From the NCBI GenBank assembly GCA_963701965.1, contig OY969695.1, positions 1,952,001 to 2,016,000 of the forward strand: DNA of 64,000 nucleotides, written 5' to 3'. Positions within the stretch are counted from its first letter, which is position 1. Every line of letters starts with the position of its first letter. The notes beneath the pieces were generated by a model. That model searched no databases and had not been told where the DNA came from. It worked only from the letters and a program-made list of their open reading frames with translations. Positions 1 to 8,881 of this stretch are shown piece by piece. The translations under genes were made by a program, and so were the position numbers. The stretch is from an uncultured Gemmatimonadales bacterium. Its GTDB lineage: Bacteria > Gemmatimonadota > Gemmatimonadetes > Gemmatimonadales > Gemmatimonadaceae.

Positions 1-61
1 ATCGAGGTGGGACAGGAGGTGCCGCTGTAATTTCCGCCGCCTTCGGATCGTCTCTCCACAT

Positions 62-1858
62 ATGACGTTCCGCCGCTGCGCCGGCTTGGTGCTCTTTTCT
101 CTCGCCTGCGCCGGCCCGGGCGGCCCCGACCGGTCGACTCCGGTTATTCCGTCGACACCGACACGCCGGGATGCGTTCGCCGGCGGCTCGCCGAGTCGTC
201 TCGCGGTTCTCTTGACCGATACCACGGCGCCGTGGCTTCCGCTGGCGCATGGGCTGCGGACCATCGGGGTCCCTTTCACGATCACGACAGACTGGCGCGA
301 GGCGCTGGCGCATCGCGTGGTATTCGTGTACCCGATCATCTCGGGGCGGGTCTTGCCAGGTGACGCGCTCAAGGCGCTCATCGACTTTCCCCGGTCCGGC
401 GGCACGCTGATCGCCACGAATGTGCTCGGCGGCGGCATGGCGCGGACGTTCGGATTTATCAATGCTACGCCGTCGCGGGCGCGGCGCGCGATCACGTTCT
501 CGGTCGACGCGGTGCGGCGATTCGGCCTCGACGACCCGCGCGAGGAGACGCTGCGCGCGCCGGTCGGATATGGCTACACGCAAGTGGCGGCGCCGTTAGC
601 CAGCTACGACGACGGGACGGCGGCGCTCACCGGGCGGCCCATCGGCGCCGGGCATGCATATGCGCTCGGCGTCGATCTCGGGGCGCTCCTGGAATCGGGC
701 TACGGGGGACGCGACGACACGTTGGCGCGGGCCTACGACAACGAGTTCGAGCCGACGATCGACGTGTGGCTCCGGATCCTGCGCCGGCTGTACGTCGAGG
801 GCGAGCCGAACGCGGTCACGCTGGGGACGGTGCCCGATGCGCGGCCATTGGCGGTGATGATCACGCACGACGTGGACTACTCGCGGTCGGTCGCGAACGC
901 GCTGACGTACCTCGACTACGAACGGCGCGCGGGCATTCGGGCGACGTACTTCATTCAGACCAAGTACATCCGCGACTACAACGACGACGTGTTCTTCGAC
1001 GACGTCCAGCGGCCGCGCTTGCGGCAACTCGAAGCGGCCGGCATGGAGCTGGCGAGCCACTCGGTGGCGCATTCGCATCAATTCGACAGCATGCCCGTTG
1101 GCTCGGGCGACGAACGGTACCCGGCGTACCGGCCTTTCGTGCAAAACGCCGTGCTCACGACGGGCGGGACGGTGCTCGGCGAGTTGCGGGTCAGCAAGTA
1201 CTTGCTGGAGTCGTTGGACTCCACCCTCACGGTCACGGCCTTTCGGCCCGGCTATTTGGCCGAGCCGCATGCGCTGCCGGAAGCGCTGGCGGCCACGGGG
1301 TATCGGTTCAGCTCATCGACAACGGCCGACGCGTCGCTCACCCACTTGCCGTTCGCGCTCAATGCGGGGTTCGCGGGGCAGAGCGAGGCCGGAGTGTTTG
1401 AGTTTCCGGTGTCCATCGAGGACGAGGCGCGGCCGCGCATGGACCAACGGGTCCCTCAGGCGCTGGACCTCGCGCGCCGCGTAGCGCGCTACGGCGGCGA
1501 GATCGTGGTCCTCATCCATCCCAACGTCACCGACTACAAGCTCGCGTTCGAGCGCGGGTTCGTCGGCGCGCTCCGGGACTCGGCGTGGTTTGGCACTGTC
1601 TCGGACTTTGGCCGGTGGTGGGCGGCCCGCGACGGTGTCAGGTGTGATGTCACCACACGCGGTCGGGACGTCACGCTCCGCGTGACGTCCCCGTCCCCTA
1701 TCGCGGATGTCCCGTTGCAGATCCCCGCATCGTGGCGCTATGTCGCGGCGGACTCGGGGCTCACCGTCACGACGCCGAGCGCGGGAACGCTCATCGTGCG
1801 AGCGCCGTCGGGCGCCGCCACGATCACGTTTCGGCTAAAACCCGGCGGACACCCGTAA
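62..1858 (+). CDS. Secreted or lipoprotein polysaccharide deacetylase (NodB/CE4-like) domain protein
   Basis: N-terminal signal ending SLAC; CE4-like motifs ITHDVD, ELASHSVAH, FRPGY, LIHP. Confidence 0.7.
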   Translation: MTFRRCAGLVLFSLACAGPGGPDRSTPVIPSTPTRRDAFAGGSPSRLAVLLTDTTAPWLPLAHGLRTIGVPFTITTDWREALAHRVVFVYPIISGRVLPGDALKALIDFPRSGGTLIATNVLGGGMARTFGFINATPSRARRAITFSVDAVRRFGLDDPREETLRAPVGYGYTQVAAPLASYDDGTAALTGRPIGAGHAYALGVDLGALLESGYGGRDDTLARAYDNEFEPTIDVWLRILRRLYVEGEPNAVTLGTVPDARPLAVMITHDVDYSRSVANALTYLDYERRAGIRATYFIQTKYIRDYNDDVFFDDVQRPRLRQLEAAGMELASHSVAHSHQFDSMPVGSGDERYPAYRPFVQNAVLTTGGTVLGELRVSKYLLESLDSTLTVTAFRPGYLAEPHALPEALAATGYRFSSSTTADASLTHLPFALNAGFAGQSEAGVFEFPVSIEDEARPRMDQRVPQALDLARRVARYGGEIVVLIHPNVTDYKLAFERGFVGALRDSAWFGTVSDFGRWWAARDGVRCDVTTRGRDVTLRVTSPSPIADVPLQIPASWRYVAADSGLTVTTPSAGTLIVRAPSGAATITFRLKPGGHP

Positions 1859-4435
1859 CAGCCACGTGCGTGGCTGCGGCATGCGAAGCAGCGCTTCGTT
1901 GTACGTGATGTCCTGATCCGGATCCCCGCCCGTATAGTTGGTCTTGAGCGCCAGATTCCGCGCCGCCAGCGTGACACGCACGTCGCGATGGACCGGAAGC
2001 GCGGTCGAGACCGACAGCTCGCGCCAGCGGAGCGCGTTGACGTGCTCCCAGGCGGCCGTCGAAAATGGCCCGCTCAGCACTGCCGCTTGGGCGGCTAACG
2101 AGGCGCCGGGAATCACCAGCGCGCGACTCGTCAGGACTTCTCCCTGCAGCTGTCGTGATTCGTCCGGCAATACATACCCGCCGCTGTAGTCCGCCACGGT
2201 GGCAATGGTCAACCGACCACGAAACAGCGCGACCATCGTGGACAGGGCCGCCCGCCGGGTCGGTGTCGACGGGCCTACGAACACCGGGTCGTCCGAGAAT
2301 ACTCCGACCTCGTTTGGGTCAATGACGCCATCGTGATTGGCGTCGGTATACGTGTACGGGGCGGCCCAGACTCCGTTGACCGGGTATCCGATGACGTTGC
2401 TCACCACGGGGTTCCCGCTGGTCGCCGTGAAGGGGAACGTGAGACCCCGGAGGAACCGGGTGTCATCCGTGTTGGCACTCAAGGTCGCGTCCCAGGTGAC
2501 CGCGCGCGTCACGATCGGTCGCACCGTGATCGCGCCCTCGACGCCATAGTCCCGCGTCACCCCGCTCCCTAGAGTATCCCTGCCTTCGGCGCCGCTGGAG
2601 AGAAACACGGTGGGCAGGACGACATTGCTGTTCCGCCGCTGATATGCCGTGACCTCCAACATTACGCGTCCTCCCGGTACCGCGGCGTCTAACCCGATCT
2701 CCGTTTCGCGTTGCCGCTCGGCGCGTGGCTGACCGCACGGGGGTGGTGGTGGGGCACTGACTCCGATGACGGTGGTGATGGGAAACGGACAGTCGAGAAA
2801 AGGCTCTTCGTATTCCTGCGCCAATGGCAACCGGGTGGACTGCCCAAGCGCGCCGCGCACGCGCAGGCGCGGGTCCGCGAGGGTGCCGGCGAGGACGACA
2901 CTGCCTCGCACCGAGGGATTGAGTGACGTCGAGCTCAGATTGGTGCGCGTCCCACTGAGTCGCTCGTGGTCCCACCGGACGCCAGCACTCAGCGCCATCC
3001 GGTCGGCAATCCGGATGCCCTCGTCCGCATACGCGCTGTGGGTCCATTCGTCCGTCGGTGGGACCGACGGATTGTTCATCCCGCAGCTCGGACACAACGT
3101 CACAAAGTTCAACATCGACCGGAAATGCTGGTCGAGATACTGCAGACCCACATCACTGGTGACCCCGACCCAGGGCGCCGGCGCGAGATCCAGCGTCGCG
3201 CCGAGATCGCCGCTGTACTGGGCACTCACCTGCCGATCGCGCGCTTTGGACGACGCGGTGAGCGGCGGCACGACACTCGTGTCACGGCCGGTCTGGTCGA
3301 CGCCGTCGACTCCCAACGCGGCGTGTGTGACGATGGCCTCGATCGGACGCCAATGCGCCGTGGCGCTCGCGGTGATATGTGTGGCGTACTCGGCCGAGTA
3401 CTCGGCAAATAGCGTCGCCGGCCGTCCATCGGGCCCCCAGCCATCGTTGCCGGCCTGGCGAGCTCCGGGACCTGTGGCCGCATCGGTGAACAGGGCATCG
3501 ACATTGGCCGCGCGCTGATGTTGGACGCTGTACCCGATCATGAGGGCCGCATCGGCCCTGCTCCCCACATCCGTGGCGATCGTTCCCCGAATATCCGAGC
3601 GATCGGCCGCGTTCGGCTGGAGCTGCGCCCTTCCTGGCTTGGCTTGGAACGTCGTCTCATATGACACGATGTCCGGTTCGGCCATCGAGAGGTCGCCGAG
3701 CGTGTACCCATAGTGCCCGGAGAGGAATCCGCGCACGGGACCGCGACGGAGCGACACATCGGCGCCCACCCTTTGGATATTCCCCGTGGCCACGGGCGTC
3801 GTGGCGCTCGCCAGCAACGGGTTGAAGCTGGTCACGCTGTCCACCTGACACTGACCCGCGGCGACCTGGAAGAGCACGCACGGGCTCGTGCCATTCGTCC
3901 CGAACGTCCCATAGCTCGGGGCCACCGACAGCGACGTCGTCGTGAGACCGCCCTCGGCGGTCACGTGCCCGGACCACGCGGACGCCGACGTGCCCCGGCG
4001 TGTCGTCACCAGGACGACACCGTTCCCTGCACCGGGTCCGTACAGCGTGGAAGCCGCGGACGCGGGCAGGATCTCGACATGCGCGATCTCGGCGGGGTCA
4101 ATGTCATCGAACCGCCCCGTACCCGGCACGCCCGCGTGCACAGGATTGTCGCCCCCGGGTCGATTGTCGACGCGCACGCCGTCGATGTAGAGGAGCGGTT
4201 GGCTGCTCACGACCGGCTCCGACGCCCCGCGGAGCGAGACCGACGTGCCGGCCCCCGCGCTGCCATCGCGGGACATCACCAACAGTCCCGGCGCCCGATC
4301 CGTGAGCAGGTCCGAGAGGGTGCCGACCGGCGCCGATGGAACGATCGAGTCGGCGGCGATAGGGTGCGTCGTCTGTCCCAGCGCCGGGCCGGCGACGAAA
4401 AGAACAGTGAGGCTTACGGTCCAGGTCGGTCGCAT
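1835..4435 (-). CDS. TonB-dependent outer-membrane receptor, SusC-like, lacking the usual N-terminal extension
   Basis: Plug motifs QPLLYIDGVRV and DDIDPAEIAHVEILPASAASTLYG..AGNGVVLVTT; C-terminal Phe; start placed at ATG 4435 before the signal peptide MRPTWTVSLTVLFVAGPALG. Confidence 0.85.
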   Translation of the reverse strand: MRPTWTVSLTVLFVAGPALGQTTHPIAADSIVPSAPVGTLSDLLTDRAPGLLVMSRDGSAGAGTSVSLRGASEPVVSSQPLLYIDGVRVDNRPGGDNPVHAGVPGTGRFDDIDPAEIAHVEILPASAASTLYGPGAGNGVVLVTTRRGTSASAWSGHVTAEGGLTTTSLSVAPSYGTFGTNGTSPCVLFQVAAGQCQVDSVTSFNPLLASATTPVATGNIQRVGADVSLRRGPVRGFLSGHYGYTLGDLSMAEPDIVSYETTFQAKPGRAQLQPNAADRSDIRGTIATDVGSRADAALMIGYSVQHQRAANVDALFTDAATGPGARQAGNDGWGPDGRPATLFAEYSAEYATHITASATAHWRPIEAIVTHAALGVDGVDQTGRDTSVVPPLTASSKARDRQVSAQYSGDLGATLDLAPAPWVGVTSDVGLQYLDQHFRSMLNFVTLCPSCGMNNPSVPPTDEWTHSAYADEGIRIADRMALSAGVRWDHERLSGTRTNLSSTSLNPSVRGSVVLAGTLADPRLRVRGALGQSTRLPLAQEYEEPFLDCPFPITTVIGVSAPPPPPCGQPRAERQRETEIGLDAAVPGGRVMLEVTAYQRRNSNVVLPTVFLSSGAEGRDTLGSGVTRDYGVEGAITVRPIVTRAVTWDATLSANTDDTRFLRGLTFPFTATSGNPVVSNVIGYPVNGVWAAPYTYTDANHDGVIDPNEVGVFSDDPVFVGPSTPTRRAALSTMVALFRGRLTIATVADYSGGYVLPDESRQLQGEVLTSRALVIPGASLAAQAAVLSGPFSTAAWEHVNALRWRELSVSTALPVHRDVRVTLAARNLALKTNYTGGDPDQDITYNEALLRMPQPRTWLLRVSAGF

Positions 4436-4484
4436 GACGCCCACGAGATACGCTCGTGAACGCCTGTCGTCAAGCAACAGTTTG

Positions 4485-5045
4485 CTAGAACGCCTGGTCG
4501 ATCCCCATGCACCAGGCGTGAATCAGCATCAGGTGCACTTCCTGGATGCTGGCCGTCTCCATGCTTGGCACCCGAACGACATGGTCCGCGGTCGCATCGA
4601 TCAAGCCCGCGGCGCCAGTGAGCGCGACCGCGGTGGCACCGGCCCGGCGGGCGGCGTCGAGCCCGCGCTTCACGTTCTCCGACCGGCCGCTCGTCGTGAG
4701 ACCGATCGCGACATCGCCGGGCCGCGCCAGGGCCTCGACCTGACGCTCGAACAACGCGCCGTAGCCGAAATCGTTGGCAATACACGTTACCGAGCCCGGA
4801 TCACCGACCAAAGCGATCGCGGGCAACGGACGCCGCGTCTTGAGAAACCGCCCGATCAACTCACCGGCAAGATGACTGGCCTGCGTGGCGCTGCCACCGT
4901 TGCCGAACGCGATCACTTTATTGCCGTTCCGGAGCGCGGTGATCAACACGCGCATCACGGTCTCGGACACGTCCTCCACTTCGACCATGCTCTGACGCAC
5001 CACCTGTTGATGCGCCGCGAAGTGGTCGACGATTATCCCTGCCAT
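4485..5045 (-). CDS. gmhA: Phosphoheptose isomerase (SIS domain)
   Basis: GNGGSA..ASHLAGELIGRF, ANDFGY..LFERQV, TTSGRSENV and IQEVH motifs. Confidence 0.85.
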   Translation of the reverse strand: MAGIIVDHFAAHQQVVRQSMVEVEDVSETVMRVLITALRNGNKVIAFGNGGSATQASHLAGELIGRFLKTRRPLPAIALVGDPGSVTCIANDFGYGALFERQVEALARPGDVAIGLTTSGRSENVKRGLDAARRAGATAVALTGAAGLIDATADHVVRVPSMETASIQEVHLMLIHAWCMGIDQAF

Positions 5046-5061
5046 GCGCGAAAATGTACGA

Positions 5062-6117
5062 TCAGCGGCCTATCATTGCCATCGTTGCCGCTGCGTATCG
5101 CGTGCCCACCGCCGCCCCCTTCGGCGCGACGTCATCAATGCGCCGCAGATCCTCGGCGCTCAATCGCACCGCGAGCGCGCCGACGTTTTCCTCGAGGTAT
5201 TTCCGACGCTTCGTCCCGGGGATCGGGATGATGTCCCGTCCCTGCGCGAGGAGCCAAGCCAGGGCCAGTTGGGACGGCGCACAGCGCTTCTCGCGCGCGA
5301 TCTCCTGGATGCGGGTCACGAGGTCCAGATTCTTCTGAAAATTCTCACCCTGGAACCGCGGTGACGTGCGACGAAAGTCATCCGGGGCAAAGTCGTCGGG
5401 CGAAGTGATGGCACCGGTCAGGAAGCCGCGACCCAGCGGGCTGTAGGCCACGAACGCGATCCCGAGCTCCCGGCAGGTCGGCAGGATCTCGTCCTCGGGC
5501 TCGCGGCTCCAGAGCGAGTACTCCGTCTGCAATGCCGCTATCGGATGCACGTGGGCGGCGCGCCGGATGGTCGCGGCACCCGCCTCCGATAGCCCGATGG
5601 CGCGCACCTTACCGGCACGGACAAGGTCCGCCATGGCGCCTACGGTCTCCTCGATCGGCGTGCTCGCATCGACCCGATGCTGATAGTAGAGATCGATGTG
5701 GTCCGTGCCGAGACGCCGCAGCGATGCATCGCAGGACGAGCGGACATATTCGGGGCGACCGCTCACGCCCCGGTAGGCCGGATCGTCACTCCGCAGGATC
5801 CCGAACTTGGTCGCGAGGACGACGCCATCGCGGCGGCCCTTGATAGCGCGGCCGACCAGCTCTTCATTGGCGCCGCGGCCGTAGACGTCCGCGGTGTCCA
5901 GAAAGGTGATGCCGAGATCGAGCGCGCGGTGAATGGTCGCGATCGACTCGGTGTCATCGCCCTTGCCCTGCAGCTCGGCGCTAGGCGAGCGCACCCCAAC
6001 CGATGAGTTTGTCCTGCCGTGAAGCGGCAGATAAAACTCGGACATGCCCATCGTCCCGAGTCCCATCGCCGAGACGGCGATTCCGGAACCGCCAAGTATT
6101 CGTTGCTCAATCGGCAT
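5062..6117 (-). CDS. Aldo/keto reductase carrying a 21-aa insertion near the N-terminus
   Basis: [50 protein letters not shown] motifs; start ATG 6117. Confidence 0.92.
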   Translation of the reverse strand: MPIEQRILGGSGIAVSAMGLGTMGMSEFYLPLHGRTNSSVGVRSPSAELQGKGDDTESIATIHRALDLGITFLDTADVYGRGANEELVGRAIKGRRDGVVLATKFGILRSDDPAYRGVSGRPEYVRSSCDASLRRLGTDHIDLYYQHRVDASTPIEETVGAMADLVRAGKVRAIGLSEAGAATIRRAAHVHPIAALQTEYSLWSREPEDEILPTCRELGIAFVAYSPLGRGFLTGAITSPDDFAPDDFRRTSPRFQGENFQKNLDLVTRIQEIAREKRCAPSQLALAWLLAQGRDIIPIPGTKRRKYLEENVGALAVRLSAEDLRRIDDVAPKGAAVGTRYAAATMAMIGR

Positions 6118-6169
6118 CGTGATCCTGGTAACTTGAAGTATTGGGTGACCTGGCAACCTTACGTATCAT

Positions 6170-8881
6170 ATGCCTTCTCGCAAACTCGAGGAGTATCGCA
6201 AGAAGCGCGACTTCACGAAGACCGCCGAGCCGGCCGGCAAAGCGCACGCCACGCGCGCCGCCGGCGAACTGGCCTTCGTGATCCAGAAGCACGCCGCTAC
6301 CGCGCTGCACTTCGATCTCCGCCTCGAGCTCGACGGCGTGATGAAGAGCTGGGCGGTCCCCAAGGGGCCCAGCCTCGACCCCGCGGTCAAGCGCCTCGCC
6401 ATGGAAGTCGAGGACCATCCCATCGAGTACAACTCGTTCGAGGGGACGATACCAAAGGGCGAGTACGGCGGCGGCAGCGTCATGCTCTGGGATCGCGGCA
6501 CCTACAGCGCCAATGAGATCGCCGCCGGTGAAAGCGAGCCCCAAGCCATCGAAGCGGGCCTGGCGACCGGCAAACTCGCCTTCACGTTCCACGGGCAACG
6601 CCTGCACGGCTCGTTCGCGCTGGTGCGCACGAGAGGCACCGGCTCCAAGCCCCAGTGGCTGCTCATCAAGCATCGCGACCAACACGCGGACCCGGGCTCG
6701 GACATCGTCGCCGAGTATACCACGTCCGTTGCGACCGGCCGGACAATGGACGAGATCGCGACGGGCGCCGTTCCTCTGCGCGAAGCCGACGACCATCCGA
6801 GAGACGCCACCTGGACCCGCTCGGCCGAAACAAAGGCCGGGACGATCAGCCGGGTAAAGCAGCCGGCACCGACCAAACACACTCCGCCGCCGAAGGCCAC
6901 GAAGAGCGTCAGCACGAAGCGCGGCGCAAGGCGCGGCGAAGCCGCCGGCATTGAACCAATGCTCGCCTCCGTCGGCACCGAGCTCCCCGCCGGCAAAGGC
7001 TGGACGTTCGAGCCCAAGTACGACGGCATCCGCGTGATCGCCTACGCGACGCCGTCGCAGGTCGCGCTGATCACGCGCAACGGCATCGACAAGACCCGCC
7101 AGTTCCCGGAAATCGCGGAGGCCCTCAAGACGCTGGCCACGCGCCGGAAAGCGGACCTCGTGCTCGACGCCGAAGTCGTGGCGCTGGCCAACGGAAACCC
7201 CGCCAGGTTCCAGGCGCTTCAAAACCGCATTCACCTCACCAAGCCCAATGCCGTCGAGCTGCGCGAGGAAGACGAACCCGCCGCGCTCATCGCGTTCGAT
7301 CTCCTCGCCGACGGCCACGCCCCGCTCCTTTCGGAGCCGTGGACGACCCGGCGTCAGGCGCTCGAGCGCCGGCTCGGCGACGTCACCACCGGCGCGCTAC
7401 GCTTGGGCGAGACCAGCCCGGACGGCGAAGCAATGCTGGCGCGCGCGCGCGAAGCCGGTTGGGAGGGCGTGATGGCCAAACGCACCGACTCCCGCTACGA
7501 CCCCGGGCACCGCACCCGGGCCTGGATGAAACTCAAGATCGAGGAGCGCCAGGAGTTCGTCGTCGGCGGATGGACCGACCCGCGCCTCTCCCGGGTGCTG
7601 CTTGGCGCCCTGCTCATCGGCTACTACAAGGGATCGGACCTCCTCTACGCGGGACACGTCGGCGGCGGCTTCACCGACGGCGACCTTCGCGCCATGCACA
7701 AGCGCCTGATGCCACTGGCCCGTAAGACGTCGCCCTTCTCCACGATCCCCAAATCGAACGAACCCGCCCACTGGGTCGAGCCCAAGGTCGTGGTCGAGGT
7801 CAAGTTCAGCGAATGGACCGGCGACGGCCGGCTCCGCCACCCCGTCTTCGTGGGAGTCCGCGATGACAAATCGGCCAAGACCGTGACCCGCGAGCCCGAG
7901 AGCATCCAACACGCCCCCGACGACGACGCCGGCGACAACGCGCTCGTCGCCGCGTTGCTCGAGATCGAGCGCGGCGGAGGCGACGGCACAATCCGCATCG
8001 GGAAGTCGAGCCTCAATGTGTCGAACCTGGGCAAGAAGTTCTTCCCCAAGGATGGCTACACCAAGGGCGATCTCCTGCGCTTCTACGCCCGCATCGCCGA
8101 CGCGATCGTGCCGACGATGACCGACCGGCCCCTCGTCCTCAAACGCTTTCCCAACGGCATCGAGGGAAAACCGTTCTATCAGCAAAATGCGCCCGATACC
8201 GTGCCCGAGGGCGTACGCGTCGAGACCATCAAGGAAGCCGACGGCGACCGCGTGCATCGCTTCGTCGGCGGGTCGCTCGTGACCCTGCTCTACACTGTGC
8301 AGCTCGCCAGCATCTCCGTCGACCCGTGGATGGCGCGCCTCCAGTCAATGGACACGCCGGACTACACGGTGATCGACCTCGACCCGGGACCCGACGCGCC
8401 GTTTCGGCGCGTCGTCGACGTCGCCCGATTCGTCAAAGAAGAGTTGGACGCCTTGGGCCTGCACGGCGTGCCAAAGACATCGGGCGCGTCCGGCATTCAC
8501 ATCTATCTGCCCTTGCCGCCCAAGACGTCCGAAGAGTCGGCGCGCCTCATCGCCCAACTCATCGCCACGCGCGTCGCCCAGAAACACCCACAAGAGGCGA
8601 CGATAGAACGAAAAGTCCAATCGCGGCCTTCCGGCACGGTCTACGTCGACTATCTCCAGAACATCGTCGGGAAGACTGTCGCCGGCGTCTACGCCGTGCG
8701 CGCCGTCGACGGCGCCCACGTCTCCACGCCCCTGGAATGGTCGGAGTTGACCGATGACCTCGAGCCGTCCGCGTTCACGATCCGCACATTCCCCCGGCGC
8801 CTCGCCGCGCGCGGCGATCTGTGGGCCCAGGGGATGAAGATGCGGAATACGGCGAGGGCGCTGCGGGCGCTTACGACGTGA
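6170..8881 (+). CDS. ligD: DNA ligase D (phosphoesterase, ligase and polymerase domains; NHEJ)
   Basis: Phosphoesterase FVIQKH.A..LHFDLRLE; ligase EPKYDGIR and EGVMAK; polymerase DLDP, KTSG..GIH, YVDYLQN. Confidence 0.95.
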   Translation: MPSRKLEEYRKKRDFTKTAEPAGKAHATRAAGELAFVIQKHAATALHFDLRLELDGVMKSWAVPKGPSLDPAVKRLAMEVEDHPIEYNSFEGTIPKGEYGGGSVMLWDRGTYSANEIAAGESEPQAIEAGLATGKLAFTFHGQRLHGSFALVRTRGTGSKPQWLLIKHRDQHADPGSDIVAEYTTSVATGRTMDEIATGAVPLREADDHPRDATWTRSAETKAGTISRVKQPAPTKHTPPPKATKSVSTKRGARRGEAAGIEPMLASVGTELPAGKGWTFEPKYDGIRVIAYATPSQVALITRNGIDKTRQFPEIAEALKTLATRRKADLVLDAEVVALANGNPARFQALQNRIHLTKPNAVELREEDEPAALIAFDLLADGHAPLLSEPWTTRRQALERRLGDVTTGALRLGETSPDGEAMLARAREAGWEGVMAKRTDSRYDPGHRTRAWMKLKIEERQEFVVGGWTDPRLSRVLLGALLIGYYKGSDLLYAGHVGGGFTDGDLRAMHKRLMPLARKTSPFSTIPKSNEPAHWVEPKVVVEVKFSEWTGDGRLRHPVFVGVRDDKSAKTVTREPESIQHAPDDDAGDNALVAALLEIERGGGDGTIRIGKSSLNVSNLGKKFFPKDGYTKGDLLRFYARIADAIVPTMTDRPLVLKRFPNGIEGKPFYQQNAPDTVPEGVRVETIKEADGDRVHRFVGGSLVTLLYTVQLASISVDPWMARLQSMDTPDYTVIDLDPGPDAPFRRVVDVARFVKEELDALGLHGVPKTSGASGIHIYLPLPPKTSEESARLIAQLIATRVAQKHPQEATIERKVQSRPSGTVYVDYLQNIVGKTVAGVYAVRAVDGAHVSTPLEWSELTDDLEPSAFTIRTFPRRLAARGDLWAQGMKMRNTARALRALTT

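Noticed and set aside
1..30. 3' end of an upstream gene (IEVGQEVPL then stop)
   Set aside because: Too short to assign a product.
6000..6045. Hammerhead ribozyme within the reductase insert
   Set aside because: CCGATGA resembles CUGAUGA, but the required GAAA after stem II and the other stems are not evident.
6170..8881. LigD without an adjacent Ku gene
   Set aside because: ku is often unlinked; absence from a 64-kb window is uninformative.
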